NCBI GenBank assembly: GCA_964610165.1
Contig: CAZSUZ010000001.1
Coordinates: 1,250-65,249, forward strand
From: an uncultured Gammaproteobacteria bacterium
GTDB lineage: Bacteria > Patescibacteriota > Microgenomatia > UBA1406 > GWC2-37-13
Reading direction: 5' to 3'
Length of the DNA stretch: 64,000 bases
Each line of letters opens with the position of its first letter. The first letter of the stretch is position 1. Positions 37,453-47,238 of the stretch are shown in pieces. The notes beneath the pieces are model-generated. The model saw nothing but the letters and a program-made list of their open reading frames with translations, did not search any database and was not told the origin of the DNA. The position numbers were made by a program, and so were the translations under genes.

Positions 37453-38016
37453 ATGAAGAATCCTAAACAAATTGTGTTAATTGTTGTTATTGTACTTTTA
37501 TTGGGATCTTTAGCATATTTAACCTATTTACTGTCAAACGGAGATTCACCTTTAGGAATGTTTAATTTACGAGCTTCTAATCCACAAGATGAAGTAGACA
37601 CTTTTTTACAAGAAAACAATTTGGCACCAACACAACAACCAGCCCCAACTAATGATCCTAGTCTTTTAGCATATAACAGTACTAGTCCTACACCTACTAC
37701 ACGAGCTGGCACAACTGGAAGTGTTACACCTTCTATATCTACTTCACCAATGCCTTCCGGAACTGCACCATCTGGAACAGTAACACCAAGTGTTAGTCCA
37801 ACAGTTGCAGCCACAAAAGGTGGTATTACAGGAACGGTAACACCTTCACCAACTATAATATTAACGCTTACGCCAACACCTACTGAATTTATTGTTGTTG
37901 AAACATCTACTACTCCAACAATTGTTACAGAACTACCTGTTGCAGGTATAGGAGATAATTTAAATGCGGTATTAATAGGTGGCGGGGTTCTTATTCTACT
38001 TGCGTTGTTGTTGTAA
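37453..38016 (+). CDS. Thr/Pro/Ser-rich surface protein with a C-terminal LPVAG + hydrophobic tail (candidate sortase substrate)
   Basis: N-terminal signal/TM. Low-complexity repeats of the G[ST]VTPS type. Ends ELPVAGIGDNLNAVLIGGGVLILLALLL. Confidence 0.6.
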   Translation: MKNPKQIVLIVVIVLLLGSLAYLTYLLSNGDSPLGMFNLRASNPQDEVDTFLQENNLAPTQQPAPTNDPSLLAYNSTSPTPTTRAGTTGSVTPSISTSPMPSGTAPSGTVTPSVSPTVAATKGGITGTVTPSPTIILTLTPTPTEFIVVETSTTPTIVTELPVAGIGDNLNAVLIGGGVLILLALLL

Positions 38017-38101
38017 TTTTGACCATGAAAAAAGCACCTAAAGGTTAGAGGGAATGAACCTCAAGCTGCTTCTTTCATTGCGCTATTGCAATGTTGAGCG
38101 A

Positions 38102-38491
38102 CTAGACTTCTTTCTCATCCTTCGGTGCTTTTGTTTTTTTGAAAAGATACCTTAAAAATATAATCAAGCGAATAATCCATTCTGGTTGTCGGTGCATTCG
38201 ATATGAAAGTCCAACTAAATCGCTTGTCTTAACAGCATAGTATCCTTCCCAGGGTAAAAGTCTTTTATGCTCTTGCCTTATGGAGAACATATCAATTGTC
38301 ATTTCAAAAATAAAATACGTATGAACAAGTGACGCTTCACGAGGCAATCCTCTCACATTGTTGAGATAGACCATAAACAGTTGTTCATCATTCTGAAGCA
38401 TTTTCTCTAAACTCATATAATCCTGAGCTTCGAGTTTTCTTCCTTTTGGAAGAATGTCATCTGCATTATAGATAAACTCAACTACTGACAT
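38102..38491 (-). CDS. hypothetical 129-aa protein
   Basis: AAGGAG 7 nt upstream of the ATG. No family motif. C-terminal amphipathic/basic tail. Confidence 0.55.
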   Translation of the reverse strand: MSVVEFIYNADDILPKGRKLEAQDYMSLEKMLQNDEQLFMVYLNNVRGLPREASLVHTYFIFEMTIDMFSIRQEHKRLLPWEGYYAVKTSDLVGLSYRMHRQPEWIIRLIIFLRYLFKKTKAPKDEKEV

Positions 38492-38568
38492 TATCGTTCT
38501 CCTTTATTCATAAACACACAAAAACCTTGCTACATTATAGCATATTATAGGCTATATTGATTAGTGTT

Positions 38569-39243
38569 TCATACCATCACCTGAACCAGTTTTATGAAAG
38601 AGTCTGCCTGTAACGAAGCTGTTCCCACTAAAAAGCCATCAATTTCTCCAGATTGAAGATACGTTGCAATATTTTGTTCATCAACACTGCCACCATAAAT
38701 AAATGAAGTATTTTGTGGTAAGTTAAGTTTTTGTTTCATAGCTATAACATCTTCGATAGCTGCATTTTGTCCACTACCAATGGCTTCAACTGGTTCGTAG
38801 GCAATATATGTTACATTTGGGCGCACCGTATCCTGTTCGTTACGAACACACAAAATAGGAGCAATATTATTTGTTGTCGCATTTGTGAGTTGTTTACTAA
38901 TTTCTTCTTCTGAAAGGTTAAAATGTGCACGTCTTTCACTATGGCCAATAATTGCATACTGCACATAATCTTTTAGTAATTCTCCTGTAACTTCTCCAGT
39001 AAATGCACCATGTTCTACACTAGAAATTGTTTGGGAGCCTGTTTTTATATTTGTGTAAGCCGACACTTGTTCAGCAACTAGTGAAATTAACGGAAATGGG
39101 GGACAAATAACTATGGTTGTATTTTTTTCTGCAAGTTTTGTATCAAGATTATTAGTATCGATATAGTTAAGAAAGGTTGTCATCCATGTAGCAGCACTAT
39201 CTTTATTTATAGATGCTTTCCAATTTGCGATTAATAGTTTCAT
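38569..39243 (-). CDS. tpiA: triosephosphate isomerase
   Basis: IANWKA, IIGHSERR, YEPVEAIGSG, IYGGSV. ORF track starts at TTG 39246; the ATG is at 39243. Confidence 0.92.
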   Translation of the reverse strand: MKLLIANWKASINKDSAATWMTTFLNYIDTNNLDTKLAEKNTTIVICPPFPLISLVAEQVSAYTNIKTGSQTISSVEHGAFTGEVTGELLKDYVQYAIIGHSERRAHFNLSEEEISKQLTNATTNNIAPILCVRNEQDTVRPNVTYIAYEPVEAIGSGQNAAIEDVIAMKQKLNLPQNTSFIYGGSVDEQNIATYLQSGEIDGFLVGTASLQADSFIKLVQVMV

Positions 39244-39266
39244 CAACTAGAATGATAACCTATATT

Positions 39267-41075
39267 ATGGATGTTTTCAAGAATTTAAATGAAAAACAAA
39301 AAGAAGCCGTTGAAGTTTTGGACGGACCTTCAATTGTGCTTGCTGGAGCAGGCTCTGGTAAAACACGTGTTTTAATACATAAAGTAATCAATCTTATTCA
39401 ACATGGTGTTCATCCTTCACAAATTGTCATGATTACGTTTACAAACAAAGCTGCTAAAGAAATGAAGGAAAGAATTCTTCATGTTACAAATAACGAAGTA
39501 GTTTTAGGCTATGTTGGAACGTTTCATTCTTTTTCTGCCATGATTTTACGTCGAGAAGGTGAACATATTGGCATACCAAGAACATTTACTATTTATGATC
39601 AAAATGATTCTCAGGATTTACTAAAAGATATTGTAAAAAAAAGAGATGATGGCAAATATACAGCAAGCTATTTTTCAAACCGCATTTCTGATGCAAAAAA
39701 TCAACTCATTACGCCACAAAAATATTTAGAAGTATTTTCATTCTATAAAGCAGCTGCAGTTGCAGAAGTGTATTACGAATATCAAAAACAATTAAAGAAG
39801 AATAATGCTGTGGATTTTGATGATTTAATAATGAAAGCAGTCGAACTGTATACAAAAGTTCCGGAAATTTTAGAAAAACATCAAAATAGATATAAATATT
39901 TATTAGTCGATGAATTTCAGGATACCAATTTTGCGCAATATGTTTTTACAAAAAAGTTAAGTCAGAAGTATAAAAATATAACTGTTGTTGGCGATTTTTC
40001 CCAAAGCATTTATTCTTGGCGAGGAGCTGATATTCGTAATTTAGAAAAGTTCTCTCAGGATTTTGAAGGTACCAAAGTGATAGAACTAGAACAAAATTAC
40101 AGATCAACTCAAAAGATTTTAGATTTTGCGTATCAGGTAATTTCTGAAAATATTTCTCATCCAATTTTGAAATTATTTACTAAGAATGATGGGGGAGAAG
40201 AAATTATTTATTACACAGCGGGAAACGAAGAAGAAGAGGCAGTTTATGTTTCAAATGCAATTCAAAAGTTAGCAACGGAAGGACAGTATGCAGAAATAGC
40301 AGTGTTATATCGAACAAACGCTCAATCTCGTGCAATCGAAGAAGTATTTTTGCATTATGGCATTCCATACACATTAATTGGTGGTACACGGTTTTACGAA
40401 AGAAAAGAAATTAAAGATATTTTGTCATATTTACGCTTGTTCCTTCATCCAGAAGATTCTGTTGCAACAGACAGAATTAAAAAATTAGGAAAACGAAGAT
40501 GGGATAAATTTAAAGAGTTGTACCAAGAATTAAAAGACCAAGTTGAAGAAATGGAAACGGCTGAAATTATCGAACGGATTTTTGATAAAACAGGTTACTT
40601 AGAATTATTTGATGCAGAAATTCCTGAAGAATATTCACGACTCGAAAATATAAAAGAGTTAAAATCTGTAGCAATTACGTTTCCAAATATAGTTGAATTT
40701 TTGGAACAAGTTGCACTTGTTGAATCTGAATATTTTGAATCTGAAAAGAAAGGTAAATCTAAAGAAGGAGTACGACTTATGACACTTCACCAAGCGAAAG
40801 GATTGGAGTTTGATAATGTATTTATTGTGGGATTGGAAGAAGGCATTTTGCCACATTCACGGTCTATTGATGATGTTCATCAAATGGAAGAAGAACGAAG
40901 ACTATTTTATGTTGGCATAACGCGTGCCAGAAAAAAACTTTATATTACTCATGCAAAAAGGAGATTTATTTTTGGCAGACGGAATATTGCAATGAAATCT
41001 CGTTTTTTGGGATCTGATGAAAGTGAAGATGAAATTACGTATGTAAATGAAGATGCAACAGATGATTGGTGGTAA
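39267..41075 (+). CDS. UvrD/PcrA/Rep-family DNA helicase (short form)
   Basis: AGAGSGKT, LLVDEFQDTN, QNYRST, VGITRARKKL. Start reassigned to MDVFKNLNEKQ (39267). Confidence 0.88.
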   Translation: MDVFKNLNEKQKEAVEVLDGPSIVLAGAGSGKTRVLIHKVINLIQHGVHPSQIVMITFTNKAAKEMKERILHVTNNEVVLGYVGTFHSFSAMILRREGEHIGIPRTFTIYDQNDSQDLLKDIVKKRDDGKYTASYFSNRISDAKNQLITPQKYLEVFSFYKAAAVAEVYYEYQKQLKKNNAVDFDDLIMKAVELYTKVPEILEKHQNRYKYLLVDEFQDTNFAQYVFTKKLSQKYKNITVVGDFSQSIYSWRGADIRNLEKFSQDFEGTKVIELEQNYRSTQKILDFAYQVISENISHPILKLFTKNDGGEEIIYYTAGNEEEEAVYVSNAIQKLATEGQYAEIAVLYRTNAQSRAIEEVFLHYGIPYTLIGGTRFYERKEIKDILSYLRLFLHPEDSVATDRIKKLGKRRWDKFKELYQELKDQVEEMETAEIIERIFDKTGYLELFDAEIPEEYSRLENIKELKSVAITFPNIVEFLEQVALVESEYFESEKKGKSKEGVRLMTLHQAKGLEFDNVFIVGLEEGILPHSRSIDDVHQMEEERRLFYVGITRARKKLYITHAKRRFIFGRRNIAMKSRFLGSDESEDEITYVNEDATDDWW

Positions 41076-41702
41076 TTATTTTTGCATTATCCCACTTGTT
41101 TCTTTAATCACAAAATCCACACCATCAGATTCTAATTTTATATACGAAGCATTTGCAATAATAAGAGTTGCTAGTTCATCATAAGTACCAAATCCTAAGT
41201 GAACAAGAAGCGCTTTCATAACGCCACCATGAGAAACAACTAATATTTTTTTATCAGCATTTGTAACAGCAATTTCTCTTAAAAAAAGAATTAATCGTGA
41301 AATAATCTCCTCATCACTTTCTGTACCTGGGTACTTAAATTTTCTTTTTTCTTCATCAGTGGCTTTTTCATATTTTTTGATATATTCCTTTTGATGTTGT
41401 GCAAATTCGTCAAACGTTTTACCTTCAAAGTGACCAAAATAACGCTCACGTAACATTTTTGTAGTATTAATAACAAGCTTTCGTTCAAGTCGTAAAATTT
41501 CTGCGGTTTTTTGTGTTCGTAATAAATCTGAAGAATAAATTGCATCAAACTGAATATCTTTTAATTCGGAAGCTAACATTGCAGCTTGTTGTTTGCCATT
41601 ATTTGTAAGTAAAGAATCACTATGACCCTGCATAATTCTTTTCACATTCCACTCCGTTTCTCCATGGCGAACTATATAAAATGTACAATACTTATTTGAC
41701 AT
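41076..41702 (-). CDS. histidine phosphatase family protein (phosphoglycerate mutase-like)
   Basis: FYIVRHGETEWN (RHG motif) and VVSHGGVM. Start at the internal Met, 41702. Confidence 0.8.
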   Translation of the reverse strand: MSNKYCTFYIVRHGETEWNVKRIMQGHSDSLLTNNGKQQAAMLASELKDIQFDAIYSSDLLRTQKTAEILRLERKLVINTTKMLRERYFGHFEGKTFDEFAQHQKEYIKKYEKATDEEKRKFKYPGTESDEEIISRLILFLREIAVTNADKKILVVSHGGVMKALLVHLGFGTYDELATLIIANASYIKLESDGVDFVIKETSGIMQK

Positions 41703-41792
41703 GCAAAAATTATACACCAAGATGGTTTTTTGACTTGTACACTTACAAAATTGTGCTAATATAAATAAGACAAAAGTTTAAGTAACACTATT

Positions 41793-42581
41793 ATGAAATC
41801 TGAAATATTTATGATCATGGGCGGTCTCGCAATTTTTGCAATAGTTTTAAGTTTATTTATACAAATGCAAGCGGGACAAGATGTGAAAAAGAATGCAGAT
41901 ACAAATAAACTTTCAATATTAGGAGAAGACGACGAAAATAAACCAGATACATCTATGGAATCAGAAACTAAAACACCACCACCAATGACTATTGATACAG
42001 AACAAGATTATAAAGCTGTACTTGAAACTTCTGAAGGAACAATAACTATTGATCTTAATGAAAGCAAAACACCAATAACAGTAAATAACTTCGTATATTT
42101 AGCAAGAACTGGTTTTTATGATGGAACTGTATTTCATCGCGTTATTGAAGATTTTATGATCCAAGGTGGAGATCCAGAAGGTACAGGAGCGGGTGGTCCT
42201 GGCTACAAATTTGATGATGAACCATTTGAAGGTGAATATACAAGAGGAACAGTGGCAATGGCAAATGCTGGTCCTAATACAAATGGAAGTCAGTTTTTTA
42301 TTATGCATGGAGATTCTCCATTACCAAAGGATTATGTAATTTTTGGAAGTGTTACTGAAGGATTAGATGTTGTAGATACAATTGCAACTGCAAAAGTTGT
42401 AACAAGTAGATCTGGTGAAAAATCAAAACCAGTTACGCCAGTAATAGTAAATAAAGTTACTATAACTGAATCAGAAAAAATAGAAGAAGCGCCAGTTCCA
42501 ACCGAAACGGAAACACCTACACCTTCAGCAGAAACATCTCCAACAGAGACACCTTCGCCAACAAATACACCAACTCCTTAA
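41793..42581 (+). CDS. membrane-anchored cyclophilin-type peptidyl-prolyl isomerase with a Pro/Thr-rich tail
   Basis: FHRVIEDFMIQGGDP, MANAGPNTNGSQFFI. N-terminal TM. Confidence 0.9.
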   Translation: MKSEIFMIMGGLAIFAIVLSLFIQMQAGQDVKKNADTNKLSILGEDDENKPDTSMESETKTPPPMTIDTEQDYKAVLETSEGTITIDLNESKTPITVNNFVYLARTGFYDGTVFHRVIEDFMIQGGDPEGTGAGGPGYKFDDEPFEGEYTRGTVAMANAGPNTNGSQFFIMHGDSPLPKDYVIFGSVTEGLDVVDTIATAKVVTSRSGEKSKPVTPVIVNKVTITESEKIEEAPVPTETETPTPSAETSPTETPSPTNTPTP

Positions 42582-42585
42582 TATA

Positions 42586-43092
42586 TTAGATCTTAAACAA
42601 GAGTTGACGCATGTTATCTTCTATATTTATAAAGTCATCTGCAATTTCTATAAGTTCTTTGTTTGCAGTCTTTTTAAATGCAACTACTTCAACTAAACAA
42701 CCAAGTGATTGTTGTAGATAATTAACAACAGGCTTAAAATCTCCATCGCCAGAAACTAAAATAATTGAATCTACTTTATGACCTAAACGAATTGCATCCA
42801 TTGCAATACCAATATCCCAATCTCCTTTTTTGGCACCTCCTAAAAATACTTGTAAATTTTTTTCTTTTACTTCGAAACCAGCGTTATTAAGTGCATTAAA
42901 GAAATCATTTTCTTTCGACTCATCGGCATTAATAACATAAGCGATGGCACGAACTAACAATCTTTTTTGAATAAGAATGTTTAACAAGTTTTTATAATTT
43001 ATGCGCGAATTATATAAATTTTTTGCAGAATAATATAAATTTTGAACGTCAACTAAGACTGCTACGCGTTGATCTTTATTTCGGAATATCAT
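42586..43092 (-). CDS. NYN/LabA-like (DUF88) protein
   Basis: VAVLVDVQNLYYS, GDWDIGIAMDA, ILVSGDGDF. Confidence 0.8.
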   Translation of the reverse strand: MIFRNKDQRVAVLVDVQNLYYSAKNLYNSRINYKNLLNILIQKRLLVRAIAYVINADESKENDFFNALNNAGFEVKEKNLQVFLGGAKKGDWDIGIAMDAIRLGHKVDSIILVSGDGDFKPVVNYLQQSLGCLVEVVAFKKTANKELIEIADDFINIEDNMRQLLFKI

Positions 43093-43108
43093 AAGAATGG
43101 TTAATATA

Positions 43109-44356
43109 TTAATTTGGTGCTATTGTACTTGCTGGCTGTTTTGTAGGTGTTGGACTAATACCTAAAATAATATCACTTATTTTTTTCTTTATAACTGTCC
43201 AATTATCGATTCCTTCATTAGGGACAACAATAAACTGACCATATTCAGAAATATCTGATGTTAAGTATTCATCAGTAATAACGAATGATGTTACATCATA
43301 CTCGCTTGCTCGTCTTCCTTCAAGTAGTAATTTATTTGTATCAGAAAGTGGTAGATCTGTACTAATATTATTTTCTAATTCATCAAGTAAAGGTAAAATT
43401 TTTGGAATAAAGTTAATACTTAACACTTTATTTTTTACAGCTTCGATTACTTGTTGTTGACGATGTGCCCTGTTAAAATCTCCTCCATCTTCTAACGAAT
43501 GTCTAGATCGTGCAAATTTAAGTGCGGTTTTACCATCCATTTCGACTGTTCCTTTTTCAAAGCTTAATGTTTCATATCTACATGGAAATGCTTCAACAGG
43601 ATTTTTAGATATATCGTTATAAAATTTTTCAAGTTCGGGCTTTTCTTTGAAGAGTTTTTCTTTTTCTTCTGGGTCTGCACCAGAATTTAAATATTTATCA
43701 ATTTGTTGAAATTCTTCATCTCTGCCACATAAATCTGTTTCTTTTCCTTCAATTGGATATTCGTAGTCTTTAAAACTTTTTTCTACAGTTACTTTGATTC
43801 CACCTAATGTATCAATAGTTTTAACGAATCCTTCAAAATCTACAGCTGCAAATGCATCAATTTTAAGACCAGTAATATCTTGAACAACTTTTTTTATCAG
43901 ACCGGAAGGATTATCTTTCGTTAGTAATGACGAATCTACATCTGGATAATTGTCTGGATATAAACCCATTTGGTAGACTGCATTTATTTTGCTATAGTAA
44001 TCTTCGTTTTTTGTTGGTACTTTTACCCATATATCTCGAGGGATAGAAAGAAGAAGAACTTTTTTCTTTGTTATGTCAATATGTGCCACCATTAATGTAT
44101 CTGTTAAATACGTTCCATCATGATTGCCACCACCATAACCCAAAAGAAGTATATTATATTGTGTTTTTTCCTTCTGTTCCTGTTTTGTTCCCTTTGCTTC
44201 TGTATGAATGCTATCGTAAAAACCTAAAAATCTGTAGATAACTGCACCTATTCCAGCAACAAGAAGAATAGCAACAACGAGTGCGCCAACTTTAAACATT
44301 TGTTTTTTTTGTTCTATACGATTTAATCTAGTTGCTGCCATATGGTTAAAGCTCAA
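43109..44356 (-). CDS. LytR-CpsA-Psr (LCP) family cell-wall polymer transferase
   Basis: N-terminal TM. ILLLGYGGGNHDGTYLTDTLMVAHI and LSIPRD. Confidence 0.85.
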   Translation of the reverse strand: MSFNHMAATRLNRIEQKKQMFKVGALVVAILLVAGIGAVIYRFLGFYDSIHTEAKGTKQEQKEKTQYNILLLGYGGGNHDGTYLTDTLMVAHIDITKKKVLLLSIPRDIWVKVPTKNEDYYSKINAVYQMGLYPDNYPDVDSSLLTKDNPSGLIKKVVQDITGLKIDAFAAVDFEGFVKTIDTLGGIKVTVEKSFKDYEYPIEGKETDLCGRDEEFQQIDKYLNSGADPEEKEKLFKEKPELEKFYNDISKNPVEAFPCRYETLSFEKGTVEMDGKTALKFARSRHSLEDGGDFNRAHRQQQVIEAVKNKVLSINFIPKILPLLDELENNISTDLPLSDTNKLLLEGRRASEYDVTSFVITDEYLTSDISEYGQFIVVPNEGIDNWTVIKKKISDIILGISPTPTKQPASTIAPN

Positions 44357-44371
44357 TTATACATAAATGAA

Positions 44372-45028
44372 TTAGTATCTTTGTTGCAAACTATTGCGAA
44401 CAAATAACGTTCTATGGTAAGGCGATATGCCGATTGTTTGAATTGTATTTCTATGAGTGAGAGTTCCATAACCTTTATTGTGTTTCCATTCATACGCCGG
44501 GTATTCATTATCGATACTATTCATATATAAATCGCGTTCTACTTTAGCAAGAATAGATGCTGCTGCAATAGAAATACATGCTCCATCACCTTTTATAATT
44601 GATACTCGTTTTATGTCGTCAATATATGGTATATGTTGGATAGGAAGTCCGTCAATAAGCAGAATTATTTTCTTGTCAGGAAGCTTTTTTTTGAAATGTA
44701 AGACAATTGTGCTCATTGCTTTTTTTATGCTGTCTACAATTCCTAAATTATTAATATCTTCAACGGAGGAAGAAGCTGTATAAAAATCACAGTTATTTTT
44801 TAAGACTGAAGAAATTTGTTCTCTTTTTTTTGCTGAAAGTTTTTTTGAATCATTAATGCCAACTTTCATCAACTTTTCTGTATCAGTTGAATTTAATTGC
44901 ATACAAACACCACCTACTGTAACTGGGCCAGCCAAACAACCTCGTCCAACTTCATCCAGACCAATAACTACATAGTCTTGATTCCAGTATGTTTGTTCAT
45001 AAGAAAAATCAGGCAATGAGCGCTGCAT
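44372..45028 (-). CDS. rnhB: ribonuclease HII
   Basis: GLDEVGRGCLAGPV, SKKLS, ASILAKV, GYG. Confidence 0.9.
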   Translation of the reverse strand: MQRSLPDFSYEQTYWNQDYVVIGLDEVGRGCLAGPVTVGGVCMQLNSTDTEKLMKVGINDSKKLSAKKREQISSVLKNNCDFYTASSSVEDINNLGIVDSIKKAMSTIVLHFKKKLPDKKIILLIDGLPIQHIPYIDDIKRVSIIKGDGACISIAAASILAKVERDLYMNSIDNEYPAYEWKHNKGYGTLTHRNTIQTIGISPYHRTLFVRNSLQQRY

Positions 45029-45094
45029 TTGTATATAGTATCGCAGTTTTTAAACAATTTGGTTAGAAAATGAAAATACGCTATAATATATCGT

Positions 45095-45688
45095 ATGTTA
45101 AAAGACAAAGACGGAAATGCTCTTTCTGGAGCACAAATTGGATCAAAAATTATTGGTCGTATAGAAAATATTTGGCTCGAAACAGTTACTTACTTCTTAT
45201 ATATTATGAGTTTTTGCCCACTTGGCTTTGTCCGCATGTTTTTTTATGTGATATTTGGAGTAAAAGTAGGTTCCAACTCTATTATTAATATGCGTGCCAG
45301 ATTATATGATCCACGCAATATTTCAATTGGCGAAGACACAATTATTGGTGAAGGAGCAACGCTTGATGGTCGCGTAGAGCTTACTATTGGTAGTCATGTG
45401 GATATTGCCAGTGAAGTAATGATTTATAATGCAGAACACGATATTAATGATCCTACATTTAAAGCAATTGATGCACCTGTAACTATAGAAGATTATGTGT
45501 TTATTGGTCCACGCGCAATTATTTTGCCTGGAGTAACTATTAAAAAAGGTGGAGTTGTTGGAGCTGGTGCAGTTGTTACAAAAGATGTGGAAGAAATGGC
45601 AATTGTGGGAGGAGTTCCGGCAAAGGTTATAGGGGAAAGAAAATTAAAAGACTTGGGTTATCGTTTACGTAGAAAAAGTATCTTCTAA
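45095..45688 (+). CDS. hexapeptide-repeat O-acetyltransferase (WcaF/WbbJ-like) with an N-terminal TM
   Basis: Left-handed beta-helix repeats IGEDTIIGEGATL..., IGPRAIILPGVTI..., VGAGAVV. Confidence 0.75.
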   Translation: MLKDKDGNALSGAQIGSKIIGRIENIWLETVTYFLYIMSFCPLGFVRMFFYVIFGVKVGSNSIINMRARLYDPRNISIGEDTIIGEGATLDGRVELTIGSHVDIASEVMIYNAEHDINDPTFKAIDAPVTIEDYVFIGPRAIILPGVTIKKGGVVGAGAVVTKDVEEMAIVGGVPAKVIGERKLKDLGYRLRRKSIF

Positions 45689-45774
45689 ATATTTATTCGC
45701 TACTTTATTTTTATAGATTTCTTCCAGATTCTGCCGCTCAACAGCCCCAATAAAATATCGCCATTACTGTCTCA

Positions 45775-45811
45775 TTTTTTGGGGCTCCCCGTCTCGCGCC
45801 ACCTGTTCCTC
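45775..45811. repeat. GC-rich intergenic motif, copy B
   Basis: ttttttggggctccccgtctcgcgccacctgttcctc. Same orientation as copy A and also in a convergent-gene junction. Confidence 0.6.
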
Positions 45812-45837
45812 AATATTTACTATAAGATTAATGTTGT

Positions 45838-47232
45838 TTAACCTTCCTTTGTTCCTCTTAAAAAGACTGCTCTCCATGGTCTGTATATAGATGTGAATAT
45901 TTCTTCTCTAACTTCTCCGTCTTTTATTACTTTATATGTAAATTTTGCTTTTGCACCGCTCGCTGCATAATCTACTTGTTTGACTACATCTTTTGCTAAC
46001 GTTGGATCATCTTCATATAATGGCTCTGGAGCTGGTGCAACATCCCATACGCTGACTGGAGAAATTTCTACGGTTCGATTATCTTTTTTACCATAAAATT
46101 TAAAAGTTAGAATCATGTTCTCTTCATCTACTTCAGTCATAATAAGAATAGATGCAGGAGTATCATTTTTAAATTTAAGATCCACTGTTGGCACATATAT
46201 TGTGGCATCAAATCCCGGTTGTGAGTCATTTTCATAATAAGAAACACGATATGCATGTGCACTACGTTCAGTTATGGGTAAACCTGCATTTAATGCAGCA
46301 CGAAATGCTGTTGTAGAAACTTGACATACACCACCACCATCACCAAGAACAGTTCTTCCATTTTGAATAACATATGCAGGTTGATAGCCAGTACTAGAAG
46401 AAATATCACCAATAATTGAATTAAAAGAAAATTCTGTGCCTTTTGGTACAAGTACACCATTAAATTTAGATGCAGCAAGTATTACATTATGAATACGTGA
46501 TGGAATAGAATGACTATAATCAGATTTACCCTCTGCAATAAGTTCTTCGATACCATGATTATTAGCTTCAGCAAGAGTAATTTCAGGATTAATGATCTGA
46601 TCTTTAACGGTAACAGATAATTGTGTATTTTTTTCAGAAATAGACTCTATTTGTTTTTTAAAATCGTTCAAAAATTTTTCTGTTTTAATTTCTATACCTT
46701 TTTCATCTGATTTGAATGAAACAACTTTGCCATTTTCAAATTGAAATAATGCATTTTTTGCGGGCATATTGTAAGAATCTGCAGTATCACGAATAAAATC
46801 TGAAACAGGTTTATCATAATAAGTCATTGTTGTTTTAAATGAAATATTTTCAAATCCAAAAAGACTATTAAGCTGTTGATATATTCGTGAAGATACATCT
46901 GGTGTTCTACCAACAATATATGCTTGATCTACTTTTGTCTGAATATCACGATGAATATTTATTTGCTCTGCTGAAAAAGTTGCTATGGGTATTTCTTGAT
47001 ACATAACTTTGACAGTAACATTTTGCAAATAATCATCTCTTCTTTGCAGCAAAGCAGAAGCTTCTTTTTTAGATTTATTCCCCATATGAATACCATCAAT
47101 ATAAGTATTTGGATAAATATTATTGCCAATACTTTTGTTATAGAGGTAAAAGGGGATTAGAAGTGCAGTTACTATTAAGATAACAATAGATATAATAAGC
47201 ACGGTCTGATTCTTAGAAAAATTTGCTATCAT
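45838..47232 (-). CDS. VanW-family protein with an N-terminal TM
   Basis: GGGVCQVSTTAFRAALNAGLPITERSAHAY (VanW core). Start reassigned to MIANFSKNQ (47232), immediately before the TM. Confidence 0.8.
   Translation of the reverse strand: MIANFSKNQTVLIISIVILIVTALLIPFYLYNKSIGNNIYPNTYIDGIHMGNKSKKEASALLQRRDDYLQNVTVKVMYQEIPIATFSAEQINIHRDIQTKVDQAYIVGRTPDVSSRIYQQLNSLFGFENISFKTTMTYYDKPVSDFIRDTADSYNMPAKNALFQFENGKVVSFKSDEKGIEIKTEKFLNDFKKQIESISEKNTQLSVTVKDQIINPEITLAEANNHGIEELIAEGKSDYSHSIPSRIHNVILAASKFNGVLVPKGTEFSFNSIIGDISSSTGYQPAYVIQNGRTVLGDGGGVCQVSTTAFRAALNAGLPITERSAHAYRVSYYENDSQPGFDATIYVPTVDLKFKNDTPASILIMTEVDEENMILTFKFYGKKDNRTVEISPVSVWDVAPAPEPLYEDDPTLAKDVVKQVDYAASGAKAKFTYKVIKDGEVREEIFTSIYRPWRAVFLRGTKEG
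47224..47232 (+). promoter_or_regulatory. extended -10 TGcTATCAT 6 nt upstream of the ATG of the SBP-like (solute-binding protein) gene
   Basis: tgctatcat, spacer aaatac, ATG at 47239. The hexamer overlaps the VanW start codon on the opposite strand. Confidence 0.45.
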
Positions 47233-47238
47233 AAATAC

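Noticed and set aside
41075-41076. Abutting convergent stops of the uvrD-like and histidine phosphatase genes (and 42581/42586) as possible gene fusion or disruption.
   Set aside because: Both partners are full length with intact motifs. This is simply tight packing.
33700-45811. Reading the two same-orientation GC-rich motifs as attL/attR of a 12-kb integrated element, or as tRNA 3'-end remnants.
   Set aside because: The intervening genes are housekeeping (mraY, tpiA, rnhB, uvrD-like and others) with no integrase. Neither strand of the motif fits a T-arm/acceptor/CCA layout.
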